Of a DNA stretch of 64,000 nucleotides, positions 8,936 to 17,633 are shown piece after piece. The notes below the pieces were generated by a model that searched no databases, was not told the DNA's origin, and was given only the letters and a program-made list of their open reading frames with translations. This stretch comes from an uncultured Draconibacterium sp. (GTDB taxonomy: Bacteria > Bacteroidota > Bacteroidia > Bacteroidales > Prolixibacteraceae). The DNA is taken from positions 4,260,476 to 4,324,475 of the forward strand of contig NZ_OY781464.1 in NCBI RefSeq assembly GCF_963676735.2, in the 5' to 3' direction. Both the position numbers and the translations under genes were made by a program. Each line of letters starts with the position of its first letter. Position 1 is the stretch's first letter.

Positions 8936-9026
8936 ATTGAAAAAACGCAAAGGTTATTTTTTGACAAGATTTTTGGTTCCTTTTGATCGAATGCAAAAGA
9001 AACTGCCCGTCTGGCATGAAGACAAA
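8936..9026. repeat. Dispersed ~95-bp structured repeat, copy 2
   Basis: Same orientation and near-identical flanking blocks as 3788-3883; the 25-nt block ACTGCCCGTCTGGCATGAAGACAAA is identical. Confidence 0.9.
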
Positions 9027-9078
9027 GCTACAGAACTAAACTATAGTTCTCTGGTACAGAGAAATGCAGCCCAAAAAC

Positions 9079-9112
9079 AAAAAAGCCTCCCCGAAAACTG
9101 AGAAGGCTTTTT
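9079..9112 (-). terminator. Rho-independent terminator of the sdh operon
   Basis: AAAAGCCT/AGGCTTTT stem with U-tract on the minus strand, just after the sdhB stop. Confidence 0.7.
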
Positions 9113-9133
9113 AACTTTATAGCGTTAATTTTT

Positions 9134-9895
9134 TTATTCGCTAACACGCGCACACAAGTATTCGCGATTCAAACGTGCTATGTTTGTAATAGAAATACTC
9201 TTCGGGCACTCGGCCTCGCAGGCCTGCGTATTGGTACATCCACCAAAACCGAGCTCATCCATTTTAGCAACCATGTTTTTGGCACGGCTGGCAGCTTCAA
9301 CTTTACCTTGTGGCAACTTGGCCAGGTGCGAAACTTTTGCCGAAACAAACAACATAGCTGAAGCGTTTTTACAAGCTGCAACACATGCTCCACAACCAAT
9401 ACAAGCTGCAGCATCCATAGCCTCTTCAGAGTCTTCTTTTGGCACAGGAATAGTGTTGGCATCAGGAACACCTCCGGTATTTACCGACACAAATCCACCA
9501 GCCTGAAGAATTTTCTCGAAAGCGGTACGGTCAACTACCAGGTCTTTAATTACCGGGAATGCACGTGCACGCCAGGGCTCAATAACAATGGTTTCACCAT
9601 CCTTGAACTTACGCATGTGCAACTGGCAGGTAGTAACCTCGGTGTCTGGTCCGTGCGGACGTCCGTTAATATATAAACTACAAGTACCGCAGATACCTTC
9701 GCGGCAATCGTGGTCGAAAGCAATTGGGTCAATTCCTTCTTCAATAAGCTGGAAATTCAGGATATCCATCATTTCAAGGAAAGAAGACCCGGTTGAGATA
9801 TTTTCGATTGTATAAGTTTCGAATTTACCTTTTGATTTGGCATTCTTTTGACGCCAAACTTTTATTTTGAGTTTTTTTAGAATTTTGTCAGCCAT
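9134..9895 (-). CDS. sdhB: Succinate dehydrogenase/fumarate reductase Fe-S subunit
   Basis: [13 protein letters not shown] [2Fe-2S] motif; CIGCGAC and [13 protein letters not shown] clusters. Confidence 0.96.
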   Translation of the reverse strand: MADKILKKLKIKVWRQKNAKSKGKFETYTIENISTGSSFLEMMDILNFQLIEEGIDPIAFDHDCREGICGTCSLYINGRPHGPDTEVTTCQLHMRKFKDGETIVIEPWRARAFPVIKDLVVDRTAFEKILQAGGFVSVNTGGVPDANTIPVPKEDSEEAMDAAACIGCGACVAACKNASAMLFVSAKVSHLAKLPQGKVEAASRAKNMVAKMDELGFGGCTNTQACEAECPKSISITNIARLNREYLCARVSE

Positions 9896-9938
9896 TTTAT
9901 TCTAGATTTTTAGATTTTTAGATATGAGTAATGAGACT

Positions 9939-10298
9939 TTAGTCGTGATTAATTAATGATTGTTTAAAACCAAAAATCATCTTTTGAATTTCATTCAGGT
10001 TATAATCAAATTCTTCGAATTTGTCTTGAGAAAGAAACTCTAAATCAAGACTTAAAATCACTAAAGTTTCCAGTTCAAACGCACTGCCATTGGCAATATC
10101 CAGAAAACGACTTAATTCCTTATCGCTATTCCTTCCACAGCCTTCAGCAATATTTGCAGGAATTGAAACGGCAGCTCTCCTCATCTGAGAAGTTATACCA
10201 AAAAGTTCATCTTGAGGAAATGTGTGAGTTGCTTTATAAATCTCTTTTACAAGAACTCTTCCCTTTTGCCAAACTTTCAATTCTTTAAACTGATGCAT
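9939..10298 (-). CDS. Four-helix bundle protein (23S rRNA intervening-sequence protein family)
   Basis: FKELKVWQK, FPQDELFGITSQMRRAAVSIPANIAEGCGR, FLDIANGSAFELET. Confidence 0.93.
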   Translation of the reverse strand: MHQFKELKVWQKGRVLVKEIYKATHTFPQDELFGITSQMRRAAVSIPANIAEGCGRNSDKELSRFLDIANGSAFELETLVILSLDLEFLSQDKFEEFDYNLNEIQKMIFGFKQSLINHD

Positions 10299-10371
10299 CG
10301 TCTTTGTTTTTAATGATTCTCGATCTTTCTTTTTCTCAATACTAATTACTTACTACTCTGTACTAACTTAA

Positions 10372-12312
10372 TTATTTGTAACTCCGCTGAGTCAGTTTCA
10401 CATTCTCAAATACCAAATCTTCTTTATGCATATCCGGCTCAGTGCCCTCTCCTTTGTACTCCCAGCACGATACGTACGTGAATTTTTCATCATTACGTTT
10501 TGCTTCGCCTTCTTCGGTAGCCGACTCTTCGCGGAAGTGTCCACCACACGATTCGTTTCTGTCGAGTGCATCGCGAGCCATTAACTCACCAATATCGAAG
10601 AAATCGGCAACACGACCGGCTTTCTCCAACTCAGGATTAAGGTTATCCAATTCACCAGGAATACGAACATCTTTCCAGAATTCTTCGCGAATTTCCTTAA
10701 TCATCTCAATCGCCTTTTTCAAACCTTCAGCATTACGGGCCATACCAACATAATCCCACATTACTTGTCCAAGTTTTTTGTGGAAATAGTCAACCGGTTT
10801 CGAACCTTTAATGTTGTATAGTTTCTCGATACGATCTTTAACCTCTTTTTCAACTTCAGCAAACTCAGGAGCATTTGTATCAGCCATCGGCGTCATAATT
10901 TCATCGGCCAGGTAATCACCAATAGTGTATGGTAATACAAAATATCCATCGGCTAAACCTTGCATCAGTGCCGAAGCACCCAAACGGTTAGCGCCGTGGT
11001 CTGAGAAGTTTGCTTCACCAATCGAATACAATCCGGGAACAGTTGTCATCAGGTTGTAATCAACCCAGGTACCACCCATCGAGTAGTGAATTGCCGGGTA
11101 AATCATCATTGGTTCGGTATACGGATCAACATCGGTAATTTTTTCGTACATCTGGAAAAGGTTTCCATAACGTGCTTCAATTACACTCTTACCTAAGCGC
11201 TCAATCGAGTATTTAAAGTCGAGGAACACTGCTTTTCCTTCAGCGTTTACACCAAATCCAGCATCGCAACGTTCTTTTGCCGCACGCGACGCAACATCGC
11301 GAGGTACAAGGTTACCGTACGAAGGATACCTTCTTTCCAGGTAAAAATCGCGATCTTCATCAGCGATATCGTTCGGATGAAGTTCACCTTTCTGTAATTT
11401 TACTGCATCTTCTTTTTTCTTCGGAACCCAAACACGACCATCGTTACGCAACGACTCCGACATCAAAGTCAGTTTTGATTGCTGATCGCCATGAACAGGA
11501 ATACAAGTTGGGTGAATCTGTACGAAACATGGGTTCGACATAAAAGCACCACGTTTGTAACACTGCCATGCGGCCGATCCGTTACTTCCCATTGCGTTGG
11601 TTGACAGGAAGAATACGTTTCCGTAACCACCTGTTGCCACAACAACGGCATGTGCACCAAAACGTTTAATCTCGCCGGAAACAAGGTCGCGGGCAATAAT
11701 ACCACGTGCTTTTCCGTCGATTTTTACCAAATCCAGCATTTCGTGGCGGTTGTACATTTCAACGGCACCTTTCGAAATCTGACGGTTCAACGCCTGGTAA
11801 GCACCAATAAGCAACTGCTGACCGGTTTGCCCACGTGCGTAGAACGTACGGCTAACCAATACACCACCAAACGAACGGTTATCTAACAAACCTCCGTATT
11901 CGCGCCCAAAAGGTACGCCTTGCGCCACACACTGGTCGATAATATTTGGTGAAACTTCGGCCAAACGGTAAACGTTGGCTTCGCGTGCACGGTAGTCACC
12001 ACCTTTAATGGTATCGTAAAACAAACGGTAAACCGAGTCGTTATCGTTTTGATAGTTTTTTGCCGCATTAATACCACCCTGTGCCGCAATTGAGTGTGCA
12101 CGTCGCGGGCTATCCTGGTAACAAAATGCTTTAACTTTATATCCTAATTCGGCCAGCGAAGCAGCTGCAGAAGCACCACCTAAACCGGTACCTACCACAA
12201 TAATTTCTAATTTACGTTTGTTAGCCGGGCTTACTACTTTAATGGCTGCTTTGTGTTTATTCCACTTTTCAGCCAGTGGCCCTTCAGGTATCTTGTTATC
12301 TAAAATGCTCAT
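10372..12312 (-). CDS. sdhA: Succinate dehydrogenase/fumarate reductase flavoprotein subunit
   Basis: [15 protein letters not shown] motif, [33 protein letters not shown]. Confidence 0.97.
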   Translation of the reverse strand: MSILDNKIPEGPLAEKWNKHKAAIKVVSPANKRKLEIIVVGTGLGGASAAASLAELGYKVKAFCYQDSPRRAHSIAAQGGINAAKNYQNDNDSVYRLFYDTIKGGDYRAREANVYRLAEVSPNIIDQCVAQGVPFGREYGGLLDNRSFGGVLVSRTFYARGQTGQQLLIGAYQALNRQISKGAVEMYNRHEMLDLVKIDGKARGIIARDLVSGEIKRFGAHAVVVATGGYGNVFFLSTNAMGSNGSAAWQCYKRGAFMSNPCFVQIHPTCIPVHGDQQSKLTLMSESLRNDGRVWVPKKKEDAVKLQKGELHPNDIADEDRDFYLERRYPSYGNLVPRDVASRAAKERCDAGFGVNAEGKAVFLDFKYSIERLGKSVIEARYGNLFQMYEKITDVDPYTEPMMIYPAIHYSMGGTWVDYNLMTTVPGLYSIGEANFSDHGANRLGASALMQGLADGYFVLPYTIGDYLADEIMTPMADTNAPEFAEVEKEVKDRIEKLYNIKGSKPVDYFHKKLGQVMWDYVGMARNAEGLKKAIEMIKEIREEFWKDVRIPGELDNLNPELEKAGRVADFFDIGELMARDALDRNESCGGHFREESATEEGEAKRNDEKFTYVSCWEYKGEGTEPDMHKEDLVFENVKLTQRSYK

Positions 12313-12326
12313 AATTTTTTCCTTTC

Positions 12327-13010
12327 TTATTTATACAATCCTAACATAAAATAAAGTGGAATAACGGCGTAACCCACAGCAATAAGAATTGCGTAAATCT
12401 TACCAACAACTTTCCAGCGGTTTAACCAATGCTTGTTGTTTAAACCCAGCGTTTGAAAAGCCGACCAAAAACCATGTGATAAGTGAACTCCCAGTAAACC
12501 TCCTGCAATAATATACAGGATACTTAGCGGAATACTGTTGATAAATGCCGCTGAAACCAATGTATAGGCATCGTGCATGTGTACACCATGAATTTCCACT
12601 TCGCCAACATCGCCGGTAATTTTCATTTTTACATAAAAATTAACCAGGTGTATGGCCAAAAACACCAAAACCAAAGCACCCAAAACCAACATGTTACGCG
12701 ATGCCCATGTGCTGGCGCCACTCATGTTCTTTTTAGCATACCTTACCGGACGTGCTTTCCAGTTTTGAAATTCAAGGAAAAATGACCAAACAATGTGAAT
12801 AATGAAACCCAATCCAAGAATCGGCTCCATAATTTTAATCAAAGGGTTTGTTACCATAAAATGAGCCCCTTGATTGTACAATTCACCACTGTTATCGAAA
12901 ATCAGTAATAAGTTGATGCTCAAATGGACAGCAATAAATACCATCAGAAATAATCCCGACAGACTCATCACAAACTTTCTTCCAATTGAGGCTGTTAAAA
13001 ATTTGCTCAT
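12327..13010 (-). CDS. sdhC: Succinate dehydrogenase/fumarate reductase cytochrome b subunit
   Basis: [15 protein letters not shown], five TM segments with His ligands ([19 protein letters not shown]); first gene of the operon. Confidence 0.93.
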   Translation of the reverse strand: MSKFLTASIGRKFVMSLSGLFLMVFIAVHLSINLLLIFDNSGELYNQGAHFMVTNPLIKIMEPILGLGFIIHIVWSFFLEFQNWKARPVRYAKKNMSGASTWASRNMLVLGALVLVFLAIHLVNFYVKMKITGDVGEVEIHGVHMHDAYTLVSAAFINSIPLSILYIIAGGLLGVHLSHGFWSAFQTLGLNNKHWLNRWKVVGKIYAILIAVGYAVIPLYFMLGLYK

Positions 13011-13058
13011 AATCTATTTTTTATTTTGGTTGTTTTTTGAATTAAGTTCAAAGCAGCA

Positions 13059-13090
13059 CAAATGTAGACGAACGCAAATATTCTTGCAAA
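13059..13090 (-). promoter_or_regulatory. sdhCAB promoter (-7 TACATTTG, -33 TTTG)
   Basis: CAAATGTA at 13059-13066 and CAAA at 13087-13090 with a 20-bp spacer match the TTTG-N19-21-TAnnTTTG consensus. Confidence 0.65.
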
Positions 13091-13303
13091 AAAGGAGTTC
13101 TAAATTAGCTAATTTAAAACGATTCTACAACTGATTTAATTCTGGGGTAACAAAGCAGGAAAGCACAGCGAACAGGGAATGTTTAGTTACCCTTAAGAAA
13201 GGCCTGACACAAGGGGTTTGGACTGAACAAAAAAATCATGATTCCCGGAAATTACCAACAGGAATAAAAGAAGTACAAATATTTGGCTAACTCTTCCTCG
13301 TTC

Positions 13304-13320
13304 TCCCGATAAAATCGGGA
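13304..13320. repeat. Short palindrome TCCCGAT-AAA-ATCGGGA (also at 3817-3832)
   Basis: Perfect 7-bp stem; a near-identical copy lies within repeat copy 1. Confidence 0.7.
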
Positions 13321-13454
13321 CAAGCACTCTCTTTGTAAAGAAGGATGATTGGGTCGAAGGCACAATCAGGGTGAGTCAATCGATTTTGAACCAGCTATTA
13401 CTATTGATTTTCAAGAAACATAAACAAAAAAAATACCAGACGGAAGTATGTTGC

Positions 13455-14351
13455 CTACAGTGCTTTAAAGGCACTATTCCACTCGCGCAAAGTAAACTGG
13501 TCGGTAAGGGCAACCAATTCGGTGGGATGAAAGGCATCTTCCACTTCAACAATATTTATCGAATCGAAACTGCATTGAACGGCTGCCGATTTATTTCCTT
13601 CGAGTTTAACAAAACCTTTTATCCGGTAGGCTTTTGGCGCCCATTCTTTTAAAAATTGCTGAAGGGCTTGTTGTGAAACAGCCCGGGCACTTTTTATTAC
13701 CATGGAGTTAACATCGGGCCGTGCCATGGGCTTTACATCACCAAAATAAAATTTAGTAAGCGCCGTGTTACCCAACTCAAAATCAATGTTGCAAAAACTG
13801 GCGTGTTTAATTTCGGTGAACGGATTTATTTTTTTTATTTCCTGATCGATACCGGTCAGATTTTCCTGCACTAAATCGGTTTTGTTTACCACTGTGATAT
13901 CGGCCATTCGAATTTGGTGCAAAACACGTTGTTTCATCACGCCCAATTTCGAGAAATTAAGCGCATCAACCACACACCAGTTGGAAGCCTGGTATATTTT
14001 CTCTGAAAGTTTTCCGGCAGAAACAATTTCTGCAATAGTAGTGGTGTCGGATAATCCCGAAGCTTCAATAATGATACTATCAGGATGGTATTCGTCAATA
14101 AATTTTTCGAGCGATTTTACAAAATCACCCAACAAACAAACACAAAATACCGATCCGTTATTAATTTCCAGCAGGTTAAAATCTTCGCCCGATTTTTGCA
14201 GTTCGGCACCATCAATGTTTGATGGAGCAAACTCGTTTTGGATAATCCCGATTTTTTTTTGCGCAGCATATTGTTTTATAATGCGTTTCAGAAAGGTTGT
14301 TTTGCCACTTCCCAAAAATCCGGAAATAATATGGAACGGTATTTTGTTCAT
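13455..14351 (-). CDS. CobW/COG0523 family G3E GTPase (metallochaperone-like)
   Basis: IISGFLGSGKTT Walker A, IIQNEF, IIIEASGL, VVDA, NKTD; C-terminal CobW_C-like RIKGFV. Confidence 0.88.
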   Translation of the reverse strand: MNKIPFHIISGFLGSGKTTFLKRIIKQYAAQKKIGIIQNEFAPSNIDGAELQKSGEDFNLLEINNGSVFCVCLLGDFVKSLEKFIDEYHPDSIIIEASGLSDTTTIAEIVSAGKLSEKIYQASNWCVVDALNFSKLGVMKQRVLHQIRMADITVVNKTDLVQENLTGIDQEIKKINPFTEIKHASFCNIDFELGNTALTKFYFGDVKPMARPDVNSMVIKSARAVSQQALQQFLKEWAPKAYRIKGFVKLEGNKSAAVQCSFDSINIVEVEDAFHPTELVALTDQFTLREWNSAFKAL

Positions 14352-14360
14352 TCGCTAATT

Positions 14361-15716
14361 CTATTTACTGTCTATACTTTCCTGAATAGCTTTTACCAGC
14401 TCTTTTTCAGGCGGAATCTGCGAAACAAAAGCTACTTTCCCGTCAATACAGATGGTAGGAATATTTTTTACCCCCAGGGCAGCCATGTATTTCAATCCTT
14501 CTTCGTTTTTAATCGAGTGCTCAAACCAATCCACCTGCCCTTCGCTGAATTTTCCGGCAGCAACTTTTACGGCATTCACCATATACTGGCAGGGTGCACA
14601 CGAACCCGAGTCGAGAGTAATTACCTCAACCACCGTTTTCTTTGTTGAATAATCTTTCAGTTCAACCTGGCCAATTTCAACAGCTTTTTTATCCATTGCC
14701 CGCACCACATCTTGCTTGTACGGATCAAAAACCAATTCGGTAACTGCTTTTAGGTTGGCAACAGGTGTTTCCATAGGCAGGTCGCAGCCCGGAGCCAGGA
14801 TAAATCCTTTTTTTCCTCCAAGGTCGAGACACTCCAGGGCATCGCGACGCGAATCGTCTTCGTCGCCCATTAGCAGCACAACAGTAAGTTTCATGTTTCC
14901 GCCAAAGCTAATGCCTTTGTCAAGCGCAATGTCTTTTACAAAATCAAGCGGTATATTTTCGTCAATCGAAACATTGTCAGGTTTACAATCGCACATGGCC
15001 TCGATGTTTTGCTGGGCGTGGCCGCAAACAAAGAACGAGCTAAGTTTTTCGCGCTCTCTAACGTAGTCGAAAATGCTTGTACAGTAAGGCGAAACAAAGG
15101 TTTCAAAAGTCATTGGGTCAATCTGGCTGGTCATTGGGTCAACCACGGCAATAATATCGCAACCGGCATCCAACAGGTATTCCGACATTTTTATACCCAC
15201 CTGGGTACAAAATTCCATCACCTCGTTTACTTCGTCTGGAGCCTCAAAAAGTTTCATAAAAATATCGGTTCCCAGCAAGTGTAAGGCAAGGGTAAATGGC
15301 CCGGTAATTAAGCCATACAATGCAAGATCGGGATATTTTTCGCGCAATGCTTTTGTGGCATCAACGGCAACCGGTATGCGTCCGTCGGTAATTTTGGGTA
15401 ATTTTAAATCGGCAATTGTTTTTCCGTTTGCTAGCGGATGCGAAACCACTGCCGGAGGATTATTGGAAGCCCACTTTAATTCGCAGCCCAAAATTTCAGC
15501 TTCAATCTGCAAATCAAAAACCACCGGTACACCATCGGGTTGGTACTCCTCAACGGACCGGCTCACGCCTTTAACCACCTCATCGGCTGATTTTAGATAG
15601 CTTATGGCATCAACACCCGTTAAATGCCCACCATGAACACCTACAAACGGTACCCACGGAACACGTTCTACTTCTTTTAAAGCAAACGCCTGTTTAATTA
15701 GTTCTAATCCCTTCAT
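14361..15716 (-). CDS. Uroporphyrinogen decarboxylase/MtaA-family methyltransferase fused to a C-terminal thioredoxin-like domain
   Basis: PWVPFVG, DLQIEAEILGC, GPFTLA, VDP, FILAPGCD; C-terminal SCAPCQ (CxxC) and NIPTICIDG. Confidence 0.85.
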   Translation of the reverse strand: MKGLELIKQAFALKEVERVPWVPFVGVHGGHLTGVDAISYLKSADEVVKGVSRSVEEYQPDGVPVVFDLQIEAEILGCELKWASNNPPAVVSHPLANGKTIADLKLPKITDGRIPVAVDATKALREKYPDLALYGLITGPFTLALHLLGTDIFMKLFEAPDEVNEVMEFCTQVGIKMSEYLLDAGCDIIAVVDPMTSQIDPMTFETFVSPYCTSIFDYVREREKLSSFFVCGHAQQNIEAMCDCKPDNVSIDENIPLDFVKDIALDKGISFGGNMKLTVVLLMGDEDDSRRDALECLDLGGKKGFILAPGCDLPMETPVANLKAVTELVFDPYKQDVVRAMDKKAVEIGQVELKDYSTKKTVVEVITLDSGSCAPCQYMVNAVKVAAGKFSEGQVDWFEHSIKNEEGLKYMAALGVKNIPTICIDGKVAFVSQIPPEKELVKAIQESIDSK

Positions 15717-15906
15717 ATTTATTGTTTTGAATTTCTATTTTTTGTGTTGACTCTTTTTACTTTTCTACCGGTTTTAAGCGTGTACTTTCCCCATTTCAGA
15801 AAACCCCGGCTTTCCAATCAACTTAATTACAATAATTTATGTGATTTTATTGCTACTGCAAGCTAAAGCGGCAAACTGCTAAAAAGCTTACAAGCTAAAA
15901 CCTAAC

Positions 15907-16575
15907 TTACGCTACTTCAGTATTTAGGTATTCAACCAGCCCCTGCGGATCAGCCGAATAGGCATCTGCTCCAATTTTATCGCAGAAATCTTTTGTTACA
16001 GGCGCTCCACCAACGGCAACCTTAGTACCCGGAAGTTCATCTTTGATTGCTTTGGTAATTTTTTCCATGTTTACCATTGTAGTTGTAAGCAGCGCCGACA
16101 AACCAACAAAGGCATTTTCGTGTTCTTTTGCAGCGGCAATAAACTGGTCGGCTTTAACATCGGTACCCAGGTCAACCACTTTGTAGCCGTTACCTTCAAC
16201 CATCATCGATACCAGGTTTTTACCAATGTCGTGCAAATCTCCTTCAACCGTACCAATAATAAAGGTTCCTTTTTGTTTTACATCGCCCGATGCAAAAAAC
16301 GGTTTCAGGTGCACCATAGCTGTACTCATGGCTTTTGCCGACATTAATACCTGGGGTACAAATATTTTGTTTTCTCTGAATTTTATGCCAACCTTTTCCA
16401 TTCCAACCATTAATCCCTGGGTAAGAATATCTTGTGCACTAACCCCCTCGGCAATAGCTTGCGCGGTTAACTCATCAGCTCCATCCTGTCCTTTCATTTG
16501 CGGAGGAAACGGTGCCGCTTTATTTATTTTTCCAAACTCTATACAGTCTGCAATTTTTGCTAATAGTTCACTCAT
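15907..16575 (-). CDS. Corrinoid (B12-binding) protein, MttC/MtbC-like
   Basis: FVPQVLMSAKAM cap domain, GTVEGDLHDIGKNLV (DxHxxG), GLSALLTTTM, VGGAP. Confidence 0.92.
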   Translation of the reverse strand: MSELLAKIADCIEFGKINKAAPFPPQMKGQDGADELTAQAIAEGVSAQDILTQGLMVGMEKVGIKFRENKIFVPQVLMSAKAMSTAMVHLKPFFASGDVKQKGTFIIGTVEGDLHDIGKNLVSMMVEGNGYKVVDLGTDVKADQFIAAAKEHENAFVGLSALLTTTMVNMEKITKAIKDELPGTKVAVGGAPVTKDFCDKIGADAYSADPQGLVEYLNTEVA

Positions 16576-16722
16576 GGTTATTTATTGATTTTTAATTGAT
16601 TATGATACCGTCAAAAGTATGACACCCATGAAACTGAAAAAATAGTATTTTTTTAGAAAAAGATGGAAAATATTACTTTTACCGCCTAGTGTTTAGTAAT
16701 TTTATCCTGTTATTTAGTCAGA

Positions 16723-17589
16723 TTGTCAATGATTCGCAGAATTCGCTACTTTGAGATTCCCCGCCCCCTGGTAAACGAACAGCGCCGCAATCCATTGGTA
16801 TTGGATTTGTTTTTAACCGAAACCGGAGAGATTGAGGTGGAGCAGGGAACCATCTGGGGCTCGGCTACTGATATAGAAAAATACCTGTTGGTTTTCTGCA
16901 CACGGGGCAGTGGTTTTGTGCAAATAGATAATGAACAGGCATCGGTTAAGACCGATCAGTTTTTTATCATTCCAAAGGGCATGGCTTTTAAATATTATTC
17001 GGAACAAAACACCAGCACACGCTTTTTGCTGGCCTATTTTGAAGGCTGGAAAGCCCTCAGATTAGGAAAAGAATTTGCCTTGGTGCGCAACCTCGTTCCA
17101 TCGGTAAACAATATGGTTGCCAACCGCGAGATGCTTTTTGATGAAATTTTTAACAACCTGTCGAAAGGTTATCACGATGAGAACCTGGAGTACATTAATT
17201 TTTGTTTTGGACACCTGCTGGCTACGTTTATTTATGCCAGCCGCACTGAGGAAGAGGTGCAGGAAGAAACCAACCCGGTAGTTCGTCGTGCTGTAAACTA
17301 CCTGGGTAAAAATTTGGGAGAAAAATTAACTTTACAAAAACTGGCTGATGAAATGGGCTATTCGCCAACCTATTTATCCACCTTGTTTAAAAAGGAAACC
17401 AACTATTCGCCAATCAGCTATTTCTCGCACCTAAAAATTTTAAAAGCCTGCGAATACCTCGACTATACCAATTTAAAAGTAAAGCAAATATCTTTTCACC
17501 TGGGTTACACCGACCCGTACTATTTTACAAAAGATTTTAAGAAAAAGATGGGTATGTCTCCGCGTGCCTACCGCAACAGGGTTGTATAA
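16723..17589 (+). CDS. AraC family transcriptional regulator
   Basis: C-terminal double HTH: LTLQKLADEMGYSPTYLSTLFKK...VKQISFHLGYTDPYYFTKDFKKKMGMSPRAYR; divergent from the corrinoid operon. Confidence 0.93.
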   Translation: MSMIRRIRYFEIPRPLVNEQRRNPLVLDLFLTETGEIEVEQGTIWGSATDIEKYLLVFCTRGSGFVQIDNEQASVKTDQFFIIPKGMAFKYYSEQNTSTRFLLAYFEGWKALRLGKEFALVRNLVPSVNNMVANREMLFDEIFNNLSKGYHDENLEYINFCFGHLLATFIYASRTEEEVQEETNPVVRRAVNYLGKNLGEKLTLQKLADEMGYSPTYLSTLFKKETNYSPISYFSHLKILKACEYLDYTNLKVKQISFHLGYTDPYYFTKDFKKKMGMSPRAYRNRVV

Positions 17590-17633
17590 GCCCAAACATC
17601 ACCTTCCGTTTTTAATGCTTAATTAACCCGAAA

